Positions 1-9,359 of a stretch of DNA of 64,000 bases are shown here, piece by piece; the first letter of the stretch is position 1, and each line of letters opens with the position of its first letter. The stretch spans positions 1 through 64,000 of IMG/VR virus record IMGVR_UViG_3300023213_000432; one strand, written 5' to 3'. This DNA is from a virus (taxonomy: Duplodnaviria > Caudoviricetes). Made by a program: the position numbers and the translations under genes. The notes under the pieces are model-generated. The model searched no databases and was not told the DNA's origin. It was given only the letters and a program-made list of their open reading frames with translations.

Positions 1-23
1 AAGCCGCAAAAGGACACACTAAC

Positions 24-287
24 ATGAAAATCATCGTCACTCAAGAAGACATCAATCAAGGAAAACGTCACGAGCCTCTGTATTGCCCGATTGCTTTAGC
101 CTGCAAAAGAATCTATCAGAAACCCATCCTAATTGGATCTCTGGATGGAAATGACGAAGGTCTAGGGGAATCTAGGATCAGGTTTGATCTTCCTCGGGAG
201 GCACGGGAATTCGTTAAACGTTTCGATAATGGAGATGAAGTTCAGCCCTTCACCTTCGATACCATCGATCCAAAAGAGCAAATATGA
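24..287 (+). CDS. hypothetical phage protein, paralog of 6465-6722
   Basis: MKIIVTQEDINQGKR..CPIALACKRIYQK nearly identical to 6465 ORF. Confidence 0.8.
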   Translation: MKIIVTQEDINQGKRHEPLYCPIALACKRIYQKPILIGSLDGNDEGLGESRIRFDLPREAREFVKRFDNGDEVQPFTFDTIDPKEQI

Positions 288-359
288 GTCTTTTCAAAGG
301 AATAGGTGAATTCTATTCCCTCGATTCTCAACTTCATTAATTGTGTTATGAGGATCGGC

Positions 360-632
360 TCAAGCGAAATTGTCAAATAGTTTTCTTAATTTATCTTTGT
401 TGAAAGAGCCGTAGCTATTGCCATTGATTACTAGAGTGGCATTTGCAGTTGAGGTATTTGGAGCATCACCTGAAGGGATCAAAAATTTCATTACCCGACA
501 ATCGTTCAAATCAATTACTTCAACGTCTCCGTTCTTGTAGTCGAAGAATAGTGCGTTAGGAGTAAGAGTTATGGTACAAGTTTCGCCTGAGATTATGAGG
601 ACATCTACTTCTACAAAGTGTGAATTTTTCAT
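360..632 (-). CDS. hypothetical protein
   Basis: ORF fills gap; start re-called at MKNSH behind GGA-containing leader. Confidence 0.55.
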   Translation of the reverse strand: MKNSHFVEVDVLIISGETCTITLTPNALFFDYKNGDVEVIDLNDCRVMKFLIPSGDAPNTSTANATLVINGNSYGSFNKDKLRKLFDNFA

Positions 633-707
633 GCGTTTTCCTTTTGGTGGGGCGAGATTGCCCGTCAAAGAATTATAACGCATTTGTAAAGTTTGTCAAT
701 AGAAAGT

Positions 708-725
708 TTCCTATCGCCTAACAGC
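708..725 (+). repeat. dispersed 18-bp motif, degenerate copy
   Basis: ttcctatcgcctaacagc, 2 mismatches to TTCCCATCGCCTAACGGC. Confidence 0.75.
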
Positions 726-757
726 GGAAAACCACTAAGCACACAAGGACACGTGTC

Positions 758-1021
758 ATGCTCATCCTGATCGTCAAAGGAACATCTTTGGACGCTCAAA
801 GAGCTTCGGAATGCCGAGGTATCCCCTATGTTCTGCACGGAATTTTCAAATGGGATATCGAACCTCCCATAGCAATGTATTGTCTTTTGGTTTCCAAGAA
901 GTATTGGAATCAGGTTGCCCGTTGGCAAGAAGAAGAGGAGCAGGCTCCATATCCTGTAGGAACTCTTCTCTACTTTGGTTCGTATTTCCCCGAGATCCAC
1001 GGTAACGCTTATATCCGCTGA
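758..1021 (+). CDS. hypothetical protein
   Basis: ORF downstream of motif, ends just before tRNA-Leu. Confidence 0.55.
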   Translation: MLILIVKGTSLDAQRASECRGIPYVLHGIFKWDIEPPIAMYCLLVSKKYWNQVARWQEEEEQAPYPVGTLLYFGSYFPEIHGNAYIR

Positions 1022-1025
1022 TCTT

Positions 1026-1109
1026 GCCGAAGTGGCGGAATTGGTAGACGCGGCGGATTTAAAATCCACTGGGCTTTAGCCCATGAGAGTTCGATTCTCT
1101 CCTTCGGCA
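1026..1109 (+). tRNA. tRNA-Leu(TAA)
   Basis: GCCGAAG/CTTCGGC acceptor, D loop GGAATTGGTAGAC, loop TTTAAAA, long variable arm, T loop GTTCGATT; CCA not encoded. Confidence 0.95.
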
Positions 1110-1117
1110 CACAAAAT

Positions 1118-1135
1118 TTCCCATCGCCTAACGGC
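1118..1135 (+). repeat. dispersed 18-bp motif
   Basis: exact TTCCCATCGCCTAACGGC just 3' of tRNA-Leu. Confidence 0.95.
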
Positions 1136-1332
1136 ACCTGCAAAACCAAGGAAAGCAACAATCTACAAACCTGTGAGAAAACCATGAATCGCTCCGAACA
1201 CAAGATCCGCGATATCCTAATCTTTTTGGGGTGTTGCTGGTGCATTCTGAAATTGGTTATCTATCTCATGGTAATGTAAGTGAGAACCTTCCAAACACTC
1301 AAGCAATTTCCCTGTCCGAAAGAAGAATAATC

Positions 1333-1755
1333 ATGCTTTATCTCAACGCATATGCAGTTGTCCCAGCCTATGGTGGTGCTGAGGAAGGCGGATGGTGGTA
1401 TGATTCCGGAATTCCTATCGCCAGCATTCCCATTCCCACCCAACGAGAACCCGGCAAAACCTATTACATGCAAGATGGCAAACCAATCATTCAGGGTTGC
1501 CAATATTGCGAAGGAACTGGGAAAGTAGAAGGAGAGCCAGAGGAAGACGATCTTATTTACGATCTCAACTATACTCCGTTGATTCCTTGCTCTAATTGTG
1601 GAGAGATTCCAGACAATCCCGAAACCGTGCAACATCAAGTGGAGTATCTGAAACTTCATCTTGCCGATGAGATGGAAAGACGGGAAGAACTGATCATTGC
1701 TTTGGAAAATCACTTTGCAGAGCATTTTCCAAAAGAACGCCCTACCTACGAATAG
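1333..1755 (+). CDS. hypothetical phage protein with CxxC pairs
   Basis: YGGAEEGGWWYDSG motif, CQYC and CSNC; start re-called at MLYLN. Confidence 0.75.
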   Translation: MLYLNAYAVVPAYGGAEEGGWWYDSGIPIASIPIPTQREPGKTYYMQDGKPIIQGCQYCEGTGKVEGEPEEDDLIYDLNYTPLIPCSNCGEIPDNPETVQHQVEYLKLHLADEMERREELIIALENHFAEHFPKERPTYE

Positions 1756-1890
1756 AGACAAATTGCTTGAAGCGCTCTTTGCAGATGGCTTTTCCTGCTC
1801 CTAATAGCCATGTAGAAGCGTTTTGCTTATCAGAAGAGCAACAACCATTTCAAATTGTAAAGAAGCCAATTCTGTGCCAGCAAATCGAAT

Positions 1891-1908
1891 TTCCCATCGC
1901 CTAACGGC
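1891..1908 (+). repeat. dispersed 18-bp motif
   Basis: exact copy, 20 nt before ATG 1929. Confidence 0.95.
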
Positions 1909-1928
1909 AGAAAGCCACAAAACAACCA

Positions 1929-2282
1929 ATGGAAACCTTTACCAATAAAGAACTACTCGAAGATTGGGATCGACACGGAATCATTTCTTCTTGCGTCTTT
2001 CATTGTCTGCCTGTTGCCGACAAGAGCTTCATGCAGGAAGTAGAAGCCAAACAAGCCGTCGAGATCATCCTAACTTTCAATGGTCGAGAGGTTTCCTTCA
2101 AATCTTTTCTGGAAAATCTCGCCCAACAATACCAACAATCTCTGACTCAAGAAGCTCGCAAAGTAGTCAAGGAAAGAATGGGCAATCTTTGGGAAATACT
2201 GGATCAACTCACAACCCAAGTTGATCGTAAGATCGAGGATGCCTTTTATCAGGCTTTCAATTCGAATTTGAGGGAAGAATAA
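1929..2282 (+). CDS. hypothetical protein
   Basis: 117-aa ORF after motif. Confidence 0.7.
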   Translation: METFTNKELLEDWDRHGIISSCVFHCLPVADKSFMQEVEAKQAVEIILTFNGREVSFKSFLENLAQQYQQSLTQEARKVVKERMGNLWEILDQLTTQVDRKIEDAFYQAFNSNLREE

Positions 2283-2328
2283 TCATACCTATGAAAAACC
2301 TCCTCAAAGACCAGGTTGTTGGAAACAC

Positions 2329-2346
2329 GTCCCATCGCCTAACGGA
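2329..2346 (+). repeat. dispersed 18-bp motif, variant
   Basis: gtcccatcgcctaacgga. Confidence 0.9.
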
Positions 2347-2386
2347 GTGTAAATCAAAGTTAGCTAAACCTAACAGAGGAAAAACA

Positions 2387-2683
2387 ATGGATAAGGAAAA
2401 AATTGCGTCTCTGGCTTCCAAACTGGTCTCCGAATGTGAAGGAGATTACTCGGTCATCAAGAATGCCGTGGAAGAAGCCCTTCTCAATCGAGAAATCCTG
2501 AAAGAGCAAGTGGTCAAAGCTGCCCGCTCTCTCTACAAAGGACAGACGATTCCCCTTCGGATGATAGCGGGTCATATCTCCGCAACCTCCACCTACACCT
2601 TCGATCAGGTTTATGATGTCCTGCGAACCACATTTCCCGTGGCAAAAGGTAAACACGGCGGAGTTCATATCCCGGCGGTTTGA
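2387..2683 (+). CDS. small putative winged-helix-like protein (family with 14531, 50896)
   Basis: RBS GAGGA; C-terminus FPVAKGKHGGV resembles paralogs; fold is inference. Confidence 0.65.
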   Translation: MDKEKIASLASKLVSECEGDYSVIKNAVEEALLNREILKEQVVKAARSLYKGQTIPLRMIAGHISATSTYTFDQVYDVLRTTFPVAKGKHGGVHIPAV

Positions 2684-2710
2684 AGCTCCCCTCCAAAAGG
2701 TAGTTATCAA

Positions 2711-3010
2711 ATGAACAGTAAAAAGAAAGCACCTTCTGTGCCAGGATCTCGGTGGCGAGTATCCTCAACCCAAAAAGATGGTTCGGGATCCCGAGTCGGC
2801 AAAATGGAAAATGTCGGCATTTTCGATGAATTGGTTGTCGATGATTGGATTCATCTCGAACAAATGGATACCCACTACTGGTGGATGCGATTGGGCGGGG
2901 TTAATTTTGACTTGTATCTGGACAAGAAAGGTCAACTCACCATTGCGGTGCGTAATGCTGTTCTCGAACCATATGCAAAGTATGCTAAACGCTTGGTAGG
3001 AAAGTCGTGA
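2711..3010 (+). CDS. hypothetical protein
   Basis: ORF track, GTGA overlap with next. Confidence 0.65.
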   Translation: MNSKKKAPSVPGSRWRVSSTQKDGSGSRVGKMENVGIFDELVVDDWIHLEQMDTHYWWMRLGGVNFDLYLDKKGQLTIAVRNAVLEPYAKYAKRLVGKS

Positions 3011-3225
3011 GCGAACGATTTGTGTGTGGATGTGTGATCACGTTCAATGACGGTGGACCGGCTGAGGAACAAGTGCTCGGACGTGGAACATACGAGGAGT
3101 GTGAACAGATCGATCGCTTAATCGGAGCCATCTCATATTCGGGCGAAAGACCAGTGCGTGAGGCGCGCTTTGTGATTGCGCCGGAAAAGAAAATAACTAA
3201 AAGGCAGGGGAAGCCGTTCCGCTGA
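3007..3225 (+). CDS. hypothetical protein
   Basis: GTGA-coupled ORF. Confidence 0.6.
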   Translation: MSERFVCGCVITFNDGGPAEEQVLGRGTYEECEQIDRLIGAISYSGERPVREARFVIAPEKKITKRQGKPFR

Positions 3226-3698
3226 ACGTCCCGTACCCCGAAGAGCGGCTCACAGCTCGGAAAACAAAGGGTGTCGCAATTCGGTCGAATTGATTGGGGA
3301 AACACTATGCCTCTTTCTTCCTTCGTTTCTTCTCTTTCCTTTCTTGCTCTCCTTTCACTTTTCTTCATCAGGTCTCATTTCGCTCGGCATATGTGTCTTC
3401 GAGGTTCCTCATGTCTTCATCTTCCTTCGTATTGTATGCCTCTGTTTGTCTTGAGCCCGTCGCGTAATTCCGCGGAATTGCCAGGCGGGCGGCTCTGAGC
3501 CGTGATCATAGCTTCTGTGAGGGGCTATTTGACAAGCACCTATGAAGAATTACCTGAATCCTTACCATTGGCTTTTGGGATTGAAACTCCAACGGATTTG
3601 CAAGGTGTTATCCACACTGGATGTCAAGAGATCCAAAGACAATGTGGTTTTGGTTTTACAATGCTACGAACGGATTAGATTGATCGTTCAGGGTTATT

Positions 3699-3716
3699 CT
3701 TTCATCGCCTAACCAA
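3699..3716 (+). repeat. dispersed 18-bp motif, degenerate copy
   Basis: ctttcatcgcctaaccaa; core CATCGCCTAAC retained. Confidence 0.65.
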
Positions 3717-3729
3717 AAGGAAAACGAAC

Positions 3730-3930
3730 ATGTGCAACTGGACATACTTCGAGGCACTCATTCAAATTCTTCAAGAACGAGGAGAAAACCGCAAAGGAGG
3801 AACCTTTGAAGGACTTCATGCCCAAAATGCGGCGGAATGCGACAAGAAGCTTTCCAAGTTGATGTTTGCGGCAGCCTATGCCCTCATGGAACTAGACGCC
3901 TATGTGGCACTAAGAACAGAAAAACCATGA
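3730..3930 (+). CDS. hypothetical protein
   Basis: AAAGGA RBS, ATGA overlap with next. Confidence 0.65.
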   Translation: MCNWTYFEALIQILQERGENRKGGTFEGLHAQNAAECDKKLSKLMFAAAYALMELDAYVALRTEKP

Positions 3931-4196
3931 AACGTCATTACGAGGAAGACGACGAAGATTTCCCGGCTCCAGCTTACCAAGTGGTCGGCTATAAAGGAAT
4001 TGCTTTTTACGTCCTAGGCTGGGAAACGGTTCCCGACGAAGACACGGAATGGACTGGAATCGAGAAGCGAACCGGGAAAGTTGTTTTAGTCATGGTAGGA
4101 GATGACCATCACTTCGCTTTCGATCCAGAGGACATCAAGCCTTTAAACCGAGAAGAATACTGTGGATCTTGCGGGCAGATGGGCTGCCATAATTGA
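3927..4196 (+). CDS. hypothetical phage protein
   Basis: start re-called at MKRHY (ATGA overlap); ends YCGSCGQMGC. Confidence 0.75.
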   Translation: MKRHYEEDDEDFPAPAYQVVGYKGIAFYVLGWETVPDEDTEWTGIEKRTGKVVLVMVGDDHHFAFDPEDIKPLNREEYCGSCGQMGCHN

Positions 4197-4214
4197 TAGA
4201 ATGGAGACAAAAGA

Positions 4215-4430
4215 ATGACTCAACTCATAATCATAATAACATCGTTTTACTTGGGAGGCATTGTCGCCTACATTGGCAGTTTCACTCGCAATCTGATTGA
4301 TGAAGGGTTTTATGAAACACATCCGTTAAGCGAGTTATCAATGATAGAAAAATTATATTGGTTTTGCCAAATGACTTGGTATGGAATGTGTTGGCCGATT
4401 AACATATTTGGCGTTGGCAAACGGAGTTAA
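4215..4430 (+). CDS. small membrane protein, paralog of 31048
   Basis: hydrophobic N-terminus with FYLGGxVA shared with 31048-31245. Confidence 0.65.
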   Translation: MTQLIIIITSFYLGGIVAYIGSFTRNLIDEGFYETHPLSELSMIEKLYWFCQMTWYGMCWPINIFGVGKRS

Positions 4431-4432
4431 CA

Positions 4433-4762
4433 ATGGGCTGGGAAAAATATGATCCGTTTCGTCCTCCCAAAGAGGGACAGAGAATCCGATGTGCAAGCCA
4501 AGGGGAAGTTAAAGTCAGTAAGTACGGTCTTATAGGAACTAGATTACTTCAAGGTCGTTCTTGGGACGATCTTGCCAACAAAGACTGGGAAGTCTTTTGG
4601 GAAGATGAACCTTGTCCTCCCACTCTACCCGAAGCTAAACCCAAAGTTCCATCGGATAGAGAGCAAGAGCTTGCTTTCTTTCGAGGCATTCAATCCGATG
4701 AATGTCCTTGCAAAATAAAACGAGAAGTCTGTATCTACCATCGAAATTTTCCCATCGCCTAA
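4433..4762 (+). CDS. hypothetical protein, W.PYD..PP family
   Basis: collinear similarity to 18051-18374 including WEDEPC and terminal Cys/His cluster. Confidence 0.75.
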   Translation: MGWEKYDPFRPPKEGQRIRCASQGEVKVSKYGLIGTRLLQGRSWDDLANKDWEVFWEDEPCPPTLPEAKPKVPSDREQELAFFRGIQSDECPCKIKREVCIYHRNFPIA

Positions 4763-4766
4763 CGGC
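4749..4766 (+). repeat. dispersed 18-bp motif
   Basis: exact copy overlapping stop of 4433 ORF. Confidence 0.95.
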
Positions 4767-4793
4767 GGCAAAACCTTAAAAGGAGAACTATAC

Positions 4794-4976
4794 ATGTTTC
4801 GTCCCGGAGATCGTGTCAAGTATGTCGGTCAGCGTTTCCGCAAACAGTTGGAGGAAGAGATCGGTACCGTCCATTCTCAAATCCAAGGAAAGCCTCATGT
4901 CTTGGTAGTGGATTACCAATATCAGGAAGGGATCGACAGTTATCTTTTACCAGAAACCTGTTTGCTACGGATTTAA
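4794..4976 (+). CDS. small SH3/KOW-like protein
   Basis: AGGAG RBS; FRPGDRVKY..IGTV pattern. Confidence 0.65.
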   Translation: MFRPGDRVKYVGQRFRKQLEEEIGTVHSQIQGKPHVLVVDYQYQEGIDSYLLPETCLLRI

Positions 4977-5186
4977 GACGTAGAGAAAAATTTTGGATTA
5001 GATGAGATTACCTATCAATTCTAATCCACTGGCGAAGCATAGTTAGGGAACGATAAGCCAATAGAAGGCTGCAACTTTTGATGGAATAATCGATCCGTCC
5101 CTTGCAGGGGAAAAGAGAAGATGATTATATCTTCTCGTGCCGAGCCTCCAATTTGCCGTTTCTCCAATAATAAAGGAAAACAAATT

Positions 5187-5354
5187 ATGGATCAAATCAT
5201 TTCTTTTTTGATTTCCCTCGGAATGTTTATTCTATGTGGTTGGGCTTTGCTCTACCATCCAGAAAACCCCGCAATTCATGCGGTAGCTTTCATTGGAATT
5301 CTGTGCTTTGGTTCGGTAATTCTTTATCAAGTCATGCGCCTATCCGACTTTTAA
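5187..5354 (+). CDS. small two-TM membrane protein
   Basis: AAAGGA RBS, two hydrophobic stretches. Confidence 0.6.
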   Translation: MDQIISFLISLGMFILCGWALLYHPENPAIHAVAFIGILCFGSVILYQVMRLSDF

Positions 5355-5439
5355 TAGTCTGAGAGCGAGAGATTCGATCTGATTATGTCAGTTCGCTTAA
5401 CAACACTAAAAGATCAAGAAATAGCCGAGGCGAAACTCC

Positions 5440-5814
5440 AAAAGAAGTCGATATAGGGGTCGATGTATATATCGATGTGGGGTCACATAGTACTTTTCTT
5501 GTCCTAAAGGACTTACTACACTGCCTGTCTTAGATCATATCTAATATAATTAAATATGATCAGTAAGCTACCAAGAACAGCGCCTCTCATAAAGACTATT
5601 TTTGTACATAACGAGATATATACTTTAAGTAGTTATCTGTTAGGCTACTTTAAATAATTTAACAGTTATAACCTTTTTGGTTATTTTTTAGATTGATCAA
5701 AGTAATTTGACCTAATCTTGCGGCTCTGATACCGCCATTAGACTTATCTAATGTGCTCAAAGAGAGTAATCTTTTTGAGAGAACCTCATGACTTTAGTCA
5801 TGAGAGTATGTCAG
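5440..5814 (+). mobile_element. eroded IS200/IS605 remnant ending in a right-end hairpin
   Basis: 5785-5814 ctcatgactttagtcatgagagtatgtcag matches the RE of the 44.3 kb IS at 26/30 nt; no ORF, IGVDV-like RuvC-I vestige; left limit uncertain. Confidence 0.6.
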
Positions 5815-5986
5815 GAACTGCCTTTCTGTAAACAAACGCAAGCATTCAATAGCGAAAAAGTCGAGATTATGGAACAGGGTATCATTCGTTGATTAATTGC
5901 CGGCACCTTTGGGTGGCTCCCATTGTCAGCCCGAAATGATACCCTGTTCCATGCTTTTGACAATCATTCCAAGGACAAAGCCAACA

Positions 5987-6175
5987 ATGTCAGACAAAGA
6001 ATTCAAAGCAACGCACCGTTTGGTCGATAAACACGGCATGGAAACTGGAGAAACCGTAATGAAAGTCGGAAACCAATATTTCACTTATGATGCTTGGTAT
6101 CATTTCGACCCTCCTGAAACCGATATCTCATTACGTAAGATGGGGTGGTTTGCTGTCAGCTCCTTTCGCCGCTGA
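5987..6175 (+). CDS. hypothetical protein
   Basis: start re-called at MSDKE behind AAGGA. Confidence 0.6.
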   Translation: MSDKEFKATHRLVDKHGMETGETVMKVGNQYFTYDAWYHFDPPETDISLRKMGWFAVSSFRR

Positions 6176-6195
6176 TTTCAAGGATAATAATTACT

Positions 6196-6429
6196 ATGAG
6201 CGATCAAACCACTTACGCAGTCCAGGTTTCTTGGACAATGACGGCTACTGTAATGGTAGAGGCAAAAACCGAAGAGGAAGCCAAACAAATTGCCTTTGAC
6301 TGTGGATTACCGAAAGGTGAATACGTAGATGATTCTTTTAAAATTGATGAAGTTCATCGCGCCAAGTTTGGAGAATTACGAGATTTTCCGGGCATGAATG
6401 GATTGCCAGCTAAAATCAAAGAAGATTGA
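6196..6429 (+). CDS. hypothetical phage protein (V.VEA..EEEA type)
   Basis: AAGGA RBS; YAVQVSW..VMVEAKTEEEAK pattern. Confidence 0.65.
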   Translation: MSDQTTYAVQVSWTMTATVMVEAKTEEEAKQIAFDCGLPKGEYVDDSFKIDEVHRAKFGELRDFPGMNGLPAKIKED

Positions 6430-6431
6430 TT

Positions 6432-6449
6432 TTCCCATCGCCTAACGGC
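6432..6449 (+). repeat. dispersed 18-bp motif
   Basis: exact copy between stop 6429 and RBS of 6465. Confidence 0.95.
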
Positions 6450-6464
6450 AAAAGGAAAAAAATT

Positions 6465-6722
6465 ATGAAGATCACGGTCACTCAAGAAGACATCAATCTT
6501 GGAAAACGTAGAGACGGTTGGCATTGTCCGATTGCCCTAGCTTGCCAAAGAATCTATCAGAAAAGCTTCATGATTGATTTTAGGAGCGCGTATAATAACA
6601 AGGAGATGACGTTCAAGGTTTTTGATCTCCCTCAGGAAGCTCAGGAATTCGTCAAACGGTTCGATAATAGAGATGAAGTTCAGCCATTCACCTTTGAGAC
6701 CATCGATCCAACAGGTCATTAA
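6465..6722 (+). CDS. hypothetical phage protein, paralog of 24-287
   Basis: AAAAGGA RBS; high protein and DNA identity to 24-287. Confidence 0.8.
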   Translation: MKITVTQEDINLGKRRDGWHCPIALACQRIYQKSFMIDFRSAYNNKEMTFKVFDLPQEAQEFVKRFDNRDEVQPFTFETIDPTGH

Positions 6723-6725
6723 GAT

Positions 6726-6983
6726 ATGTCCGCCAGTATTCCTATCACCGTCCACCAAAACGAAGACCACATCGTAGTTGCTACAGCTCACGTAGGAACT
6801 GCGGTATATCGTGTCATTGGTCCGAGCACAGGGATGAGGTCAGATCCTGAAAGACGCGATCCAGAAGGATGGCTCAAATGCACTCTATATTGGTTGGGGG
6901 TAGGAGATAACCCAAGCACTAGCGCTAGTATCCCCTACGGACTGTATCTTCTTATCAGCAGAAAACCATCATCCGGAATATGA
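6726..6983 (+). CDS. hypothetical protein
   Basis: ORF in tight operon. Confidence 0.6.
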   Translation: MSASIPITVHQNEDHIVVATAHVGTAVYRVIGPSTGMRSDPERRDPEGWLKCTLYWLGVGDNPSTSASIPYGLYLLISRKPSSGI

Positions 6984-6987
6984 AACA

Positions 6988-7221
6988 ATGAACAACACCA
7001 TGCATCCTTTAGGAACTCAAGTATTCATTGATAATCTTAAGATTGAGCGCAGCATTAAAAGAGAAGGTCGAATAGTGGGCGTGACAATTCTTTATGACAG
7101 CATTTTGATGCCCCGCCCTGTCTATATGGTGGAATTGATAGAGGGATTCTATTCTCCCCAAGAAGACATGTTCGTATCCGTGATCATGTGTGATCCCTCA
7201 ACAGTTTTTCCAAGCACCTAA
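6988..7221 (+). CDS. hypothetical protein, SH3-like
   Basis: PLGTQV..EGRIVGV pattern. Confidence 0.6.
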   Translation: MNNTMHPLGTQVFIDNLKIERSIKREGRIVGVTILYDSILMPRPVYMVELIEGFYSPQEDMFVSVIMCDPSTVFPST

Positions 7222-7228
7222 AAAACCT

Positions 7229-7420
7229 ATGCTAAAATTGTACTCATTTTTCTTTTACGAAGACGACGCAGACGTAGTTACTTTCGGTATGATCTTATCT
7301 GCTAAAAATGAATGCGCCGCACATATCAAAGCCAATGAAATGGCTCGCAAACTAAATTGTCGTTATTGGTCGATAAACGGTCCAACAGAAGATGACTGGT
7401 CACAAGCGACACTTGATTAA
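7229..7420 (+). CDS. hypothetical protein
   Basis: start re-called at MLKLY. Confidence 0.55.
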   Translation: MLKLYSFFFYEDDADVVTFGMILSAKNECAAHIKANEMARKLNCRYWSINGPTEDDWSQATLD

Positions 7421-7422
7421 AC

Positions 7423-7440
7423 TTCCCATCGCCTAACGGC
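7423..7440 (+). repeat. dispersed 18-bp motif
   Basis: exact intergenic copy. Confidence 0.95.
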
Positions 7441-7452
7441 AAAAACCAAAGC

Positions 7453-8187
7453 TTGAAGCCAACGGAGATCAACGTGGATCACGAAAGAATTGCCATCGAT
7501 CTTGTTTTGACGATGTATCAGGCATCCTACAAGACACCGGACAAACCTCAGCCCATTATTACCGTTCAAAACGGTCCAATCGGGCGTTCCGCTAAGCCTC
7601 AAAAACCACGCGATGTTGGATCCAAATCTTCCATAGAATCTCCCAAGCCTACCATTGTTGCTCCTCCCAAAGGTTCCTTGACACCCGAAGGGTTTTTGCT
7701 TGCTCTTCGTAATGCTGGAATGCGAAAGAATAATCACGGAGTTTTGATCCGACATCCTTTATGGATTCATTCCGATGAACAAATTGCCATCGCGGCTTAC
7801 CTCGGATATGAATGGGGAGAGCCTCATGGGATTCAATTAGAAGGTGCTCGTCGAAAAGCGACCTTTGATGTATCCCAATATAAAGGCAGGATATATTCCC
7901 GTTGCACCCCTAGCATTGATGGTTTCATTGCTGGGATGCCGGATCTTGTCAATAAGCACGAGGAAGATTTGATGGCTCGGGAACGAGAAGTAGCGAATGC
8001 TATGATCGCCTACGAAAAAGAATATGCGACATCCAAAGACGGGGAACAACGTCGAATCTTGCAAGGGAAAGCTTTGATCGAAAGAGAACGATTGAGAGTA
8101 ATCAAAGAGGATCTGGTTGTTATCGCTCTTGCCAGATGTAATGGAGAAAAACCTCCAACGCCGCAACGGAATGATCCGCCTCTCTAA
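7453..8187 (+). CDS. hypothetical protein
   Basis: 244-aa ORF, start uncertain (TTG). Confidence 0.75.
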   Translation: MKPTEINVDHERIAIDLVLTMYQASYKTPDKPQPIITVQNGPIGRSAKPQKPRDVGSKSSIESPKPTIVAPPKGSLTPEGFLLALRNAGMRKNNHGVLIRHPLWIHSDEQIAIAAYLGYEWGEPHGIQLEGARRKATFDVSQYKGRIYSRCTPSIDGFIAGMPDLVNKHEEDLMAREREVANAMIAYEKEYATSKDGEQRRILQGKALIERERLRVIKEDLVVIALARCNGEKPPTPQRNDPPL

Positions 8188-8201
8188 AGAAAGGAATTAA
8201 C

Positions 8202-8537
8202 ATGGAATCAAAGCATGATTGCCCATTTTGTGTTTGTGGAATGATTCCTTTGGAATGGTCAGATCGGTGTTTATGGGTCTTCCCGAAGGATGTCGATCAA
8301 ATTGCCGACGCTTTAGAATCTATTGCTTTAGATGGTCCAGGTCATAGGGGTAGTGGAATTCCTCACAATTTAGAAGAAATTCATAAAGACTTGCCTGACA
8401 AAATCCGACCCATCCTAGAAAAACATCTAGGAGTAATAGATCCTCAATGGCGCACAAAGTATGTAGATATGAGTAAATCCCAACGAGAAGCATTTCTTTC
8501 GGATTTGAAATCTACAATTAGAGAATGTATCAGTTGA
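8202..8537 (+). CDS. hypothetical protein, paralog of 31242
   Basis: HDCPxCxCG..WSDR shared with 31242-31583; AAGGA RBS. Confidence 0.75.
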   Translation: MESKHDCPFCVCGMIPLEWSDRCLWVFPKDVDQIADALESIALDGPGHRGSGIPHNLEEIHKDLPDKIRPILEKHLGVIDPQWRTKYVDMSKSQREAFLSDLKSTIRECIS

Positions 8538-8554
8538 AAAATTTGGAAGGAACA

Positions 8555-9334
8555 ATGGAAACTCAAAACGATCAACAAGCTACTCAAATCCAAATCCCCG
8601 AAGATCAATCTGCGCTATCCATTCTTGGACAAAACAATGGAACAATCTGCGATGGAATGAAATTCGACCGAGATGGATGGATTTATTTGGACGGAAAACG
8701 ACATCGCAAGTATTTTTCTTACCTTGAAGGTTGGGAACATTTTTGGAAACCCTGCTTGAATGATATTGCTCATTTGGAATCCGTCTATTTCAAGTGTAAG
8801 CAACGGAAGGAAAGACGATGGGATTCGATCTGGTCTCATATCAAAGAGATCGTAAAGCAAGTTCCTGCCAGCAAGAATGAGTATGGTGAAGATGAATGGT
8901 TGGTTCATGCTAAACCCAATCATCTGGATGTTGAAGAGGAAGAATGGCTTCCACAGAAGTGGTGGGAATATCGTATCCACTCTTTGCCAGATAACCATCC
9001 TTTTCAATCTTCTTGGGATGACAGATATCCTAGATTGACTTTTAGTTTCGATTGGGTGAAAGAACCAACTGAACCCAAATTTCTGGAACTGGGTCAGGAA
9101 TTATATCGATTGGAAATGAACGCCCGAGGAAAGTTTGAATCCATGGTTTGGAGAGCCTTGGATAAAGCTTTGCAAACCAAGATCATGAAAGAGTATCCTA
9201 ATTGGCAAAAAGGATTCAATGGAGAAGTTTCGGTTAATGGTCGGAAGTATGCTTACCACTTGGTTATTTACAAACATGGAAGAAGTGAATTGGTCAAAGT
9301 GGATTGGGAATACCAGTTCTTGAAGGTGGATTAA
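8555..9334 (+). CDS. hypothetical protein
   Basis: long ORF; start re-called at METQN. Confidence 0.75.
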   Translation: METQNDQQATQIQIPEDQSALSILGQNNGTICDGMKFDRDGWIYLDGKRHRKYFSYLEGWEHFWKPCLNDIAHLESVYFKCKQRKERRWDSIWSHIKEIVKQVPASKNEYGEDEWLVHAKPNHLDVEEEEWLPQKWWEYRIHSLPDNHPFQSSWDDRYPRLTFSFDWVKEPTEPKFLELGQELYRLEMNARGKFESMVWRALDKALQTKIMKEYPNWQKGFNGEVSVNGRKYAYHLVIYKHGRSELVKVDWEYQFLKVD

Positions 9335-9359
9335 TATTGGACGGCAAAGAGAAAATAAA

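Noticed and set aside
3497-3530. GAGCCGTGA...TTCTGTGAGGGG as group II intron domain V/VI
   Set aside because: The central DV helix is absent and there is no RT or 5' GTGCG boundary
4994-5145. Hairpins TGGATTAGA/TCTAATCCA and GAGAAGAT/ATCTTCTC as a ribozyme or riboswitch
   Set aside because: No recognisable catalytic or ligand core; may be simple terminators
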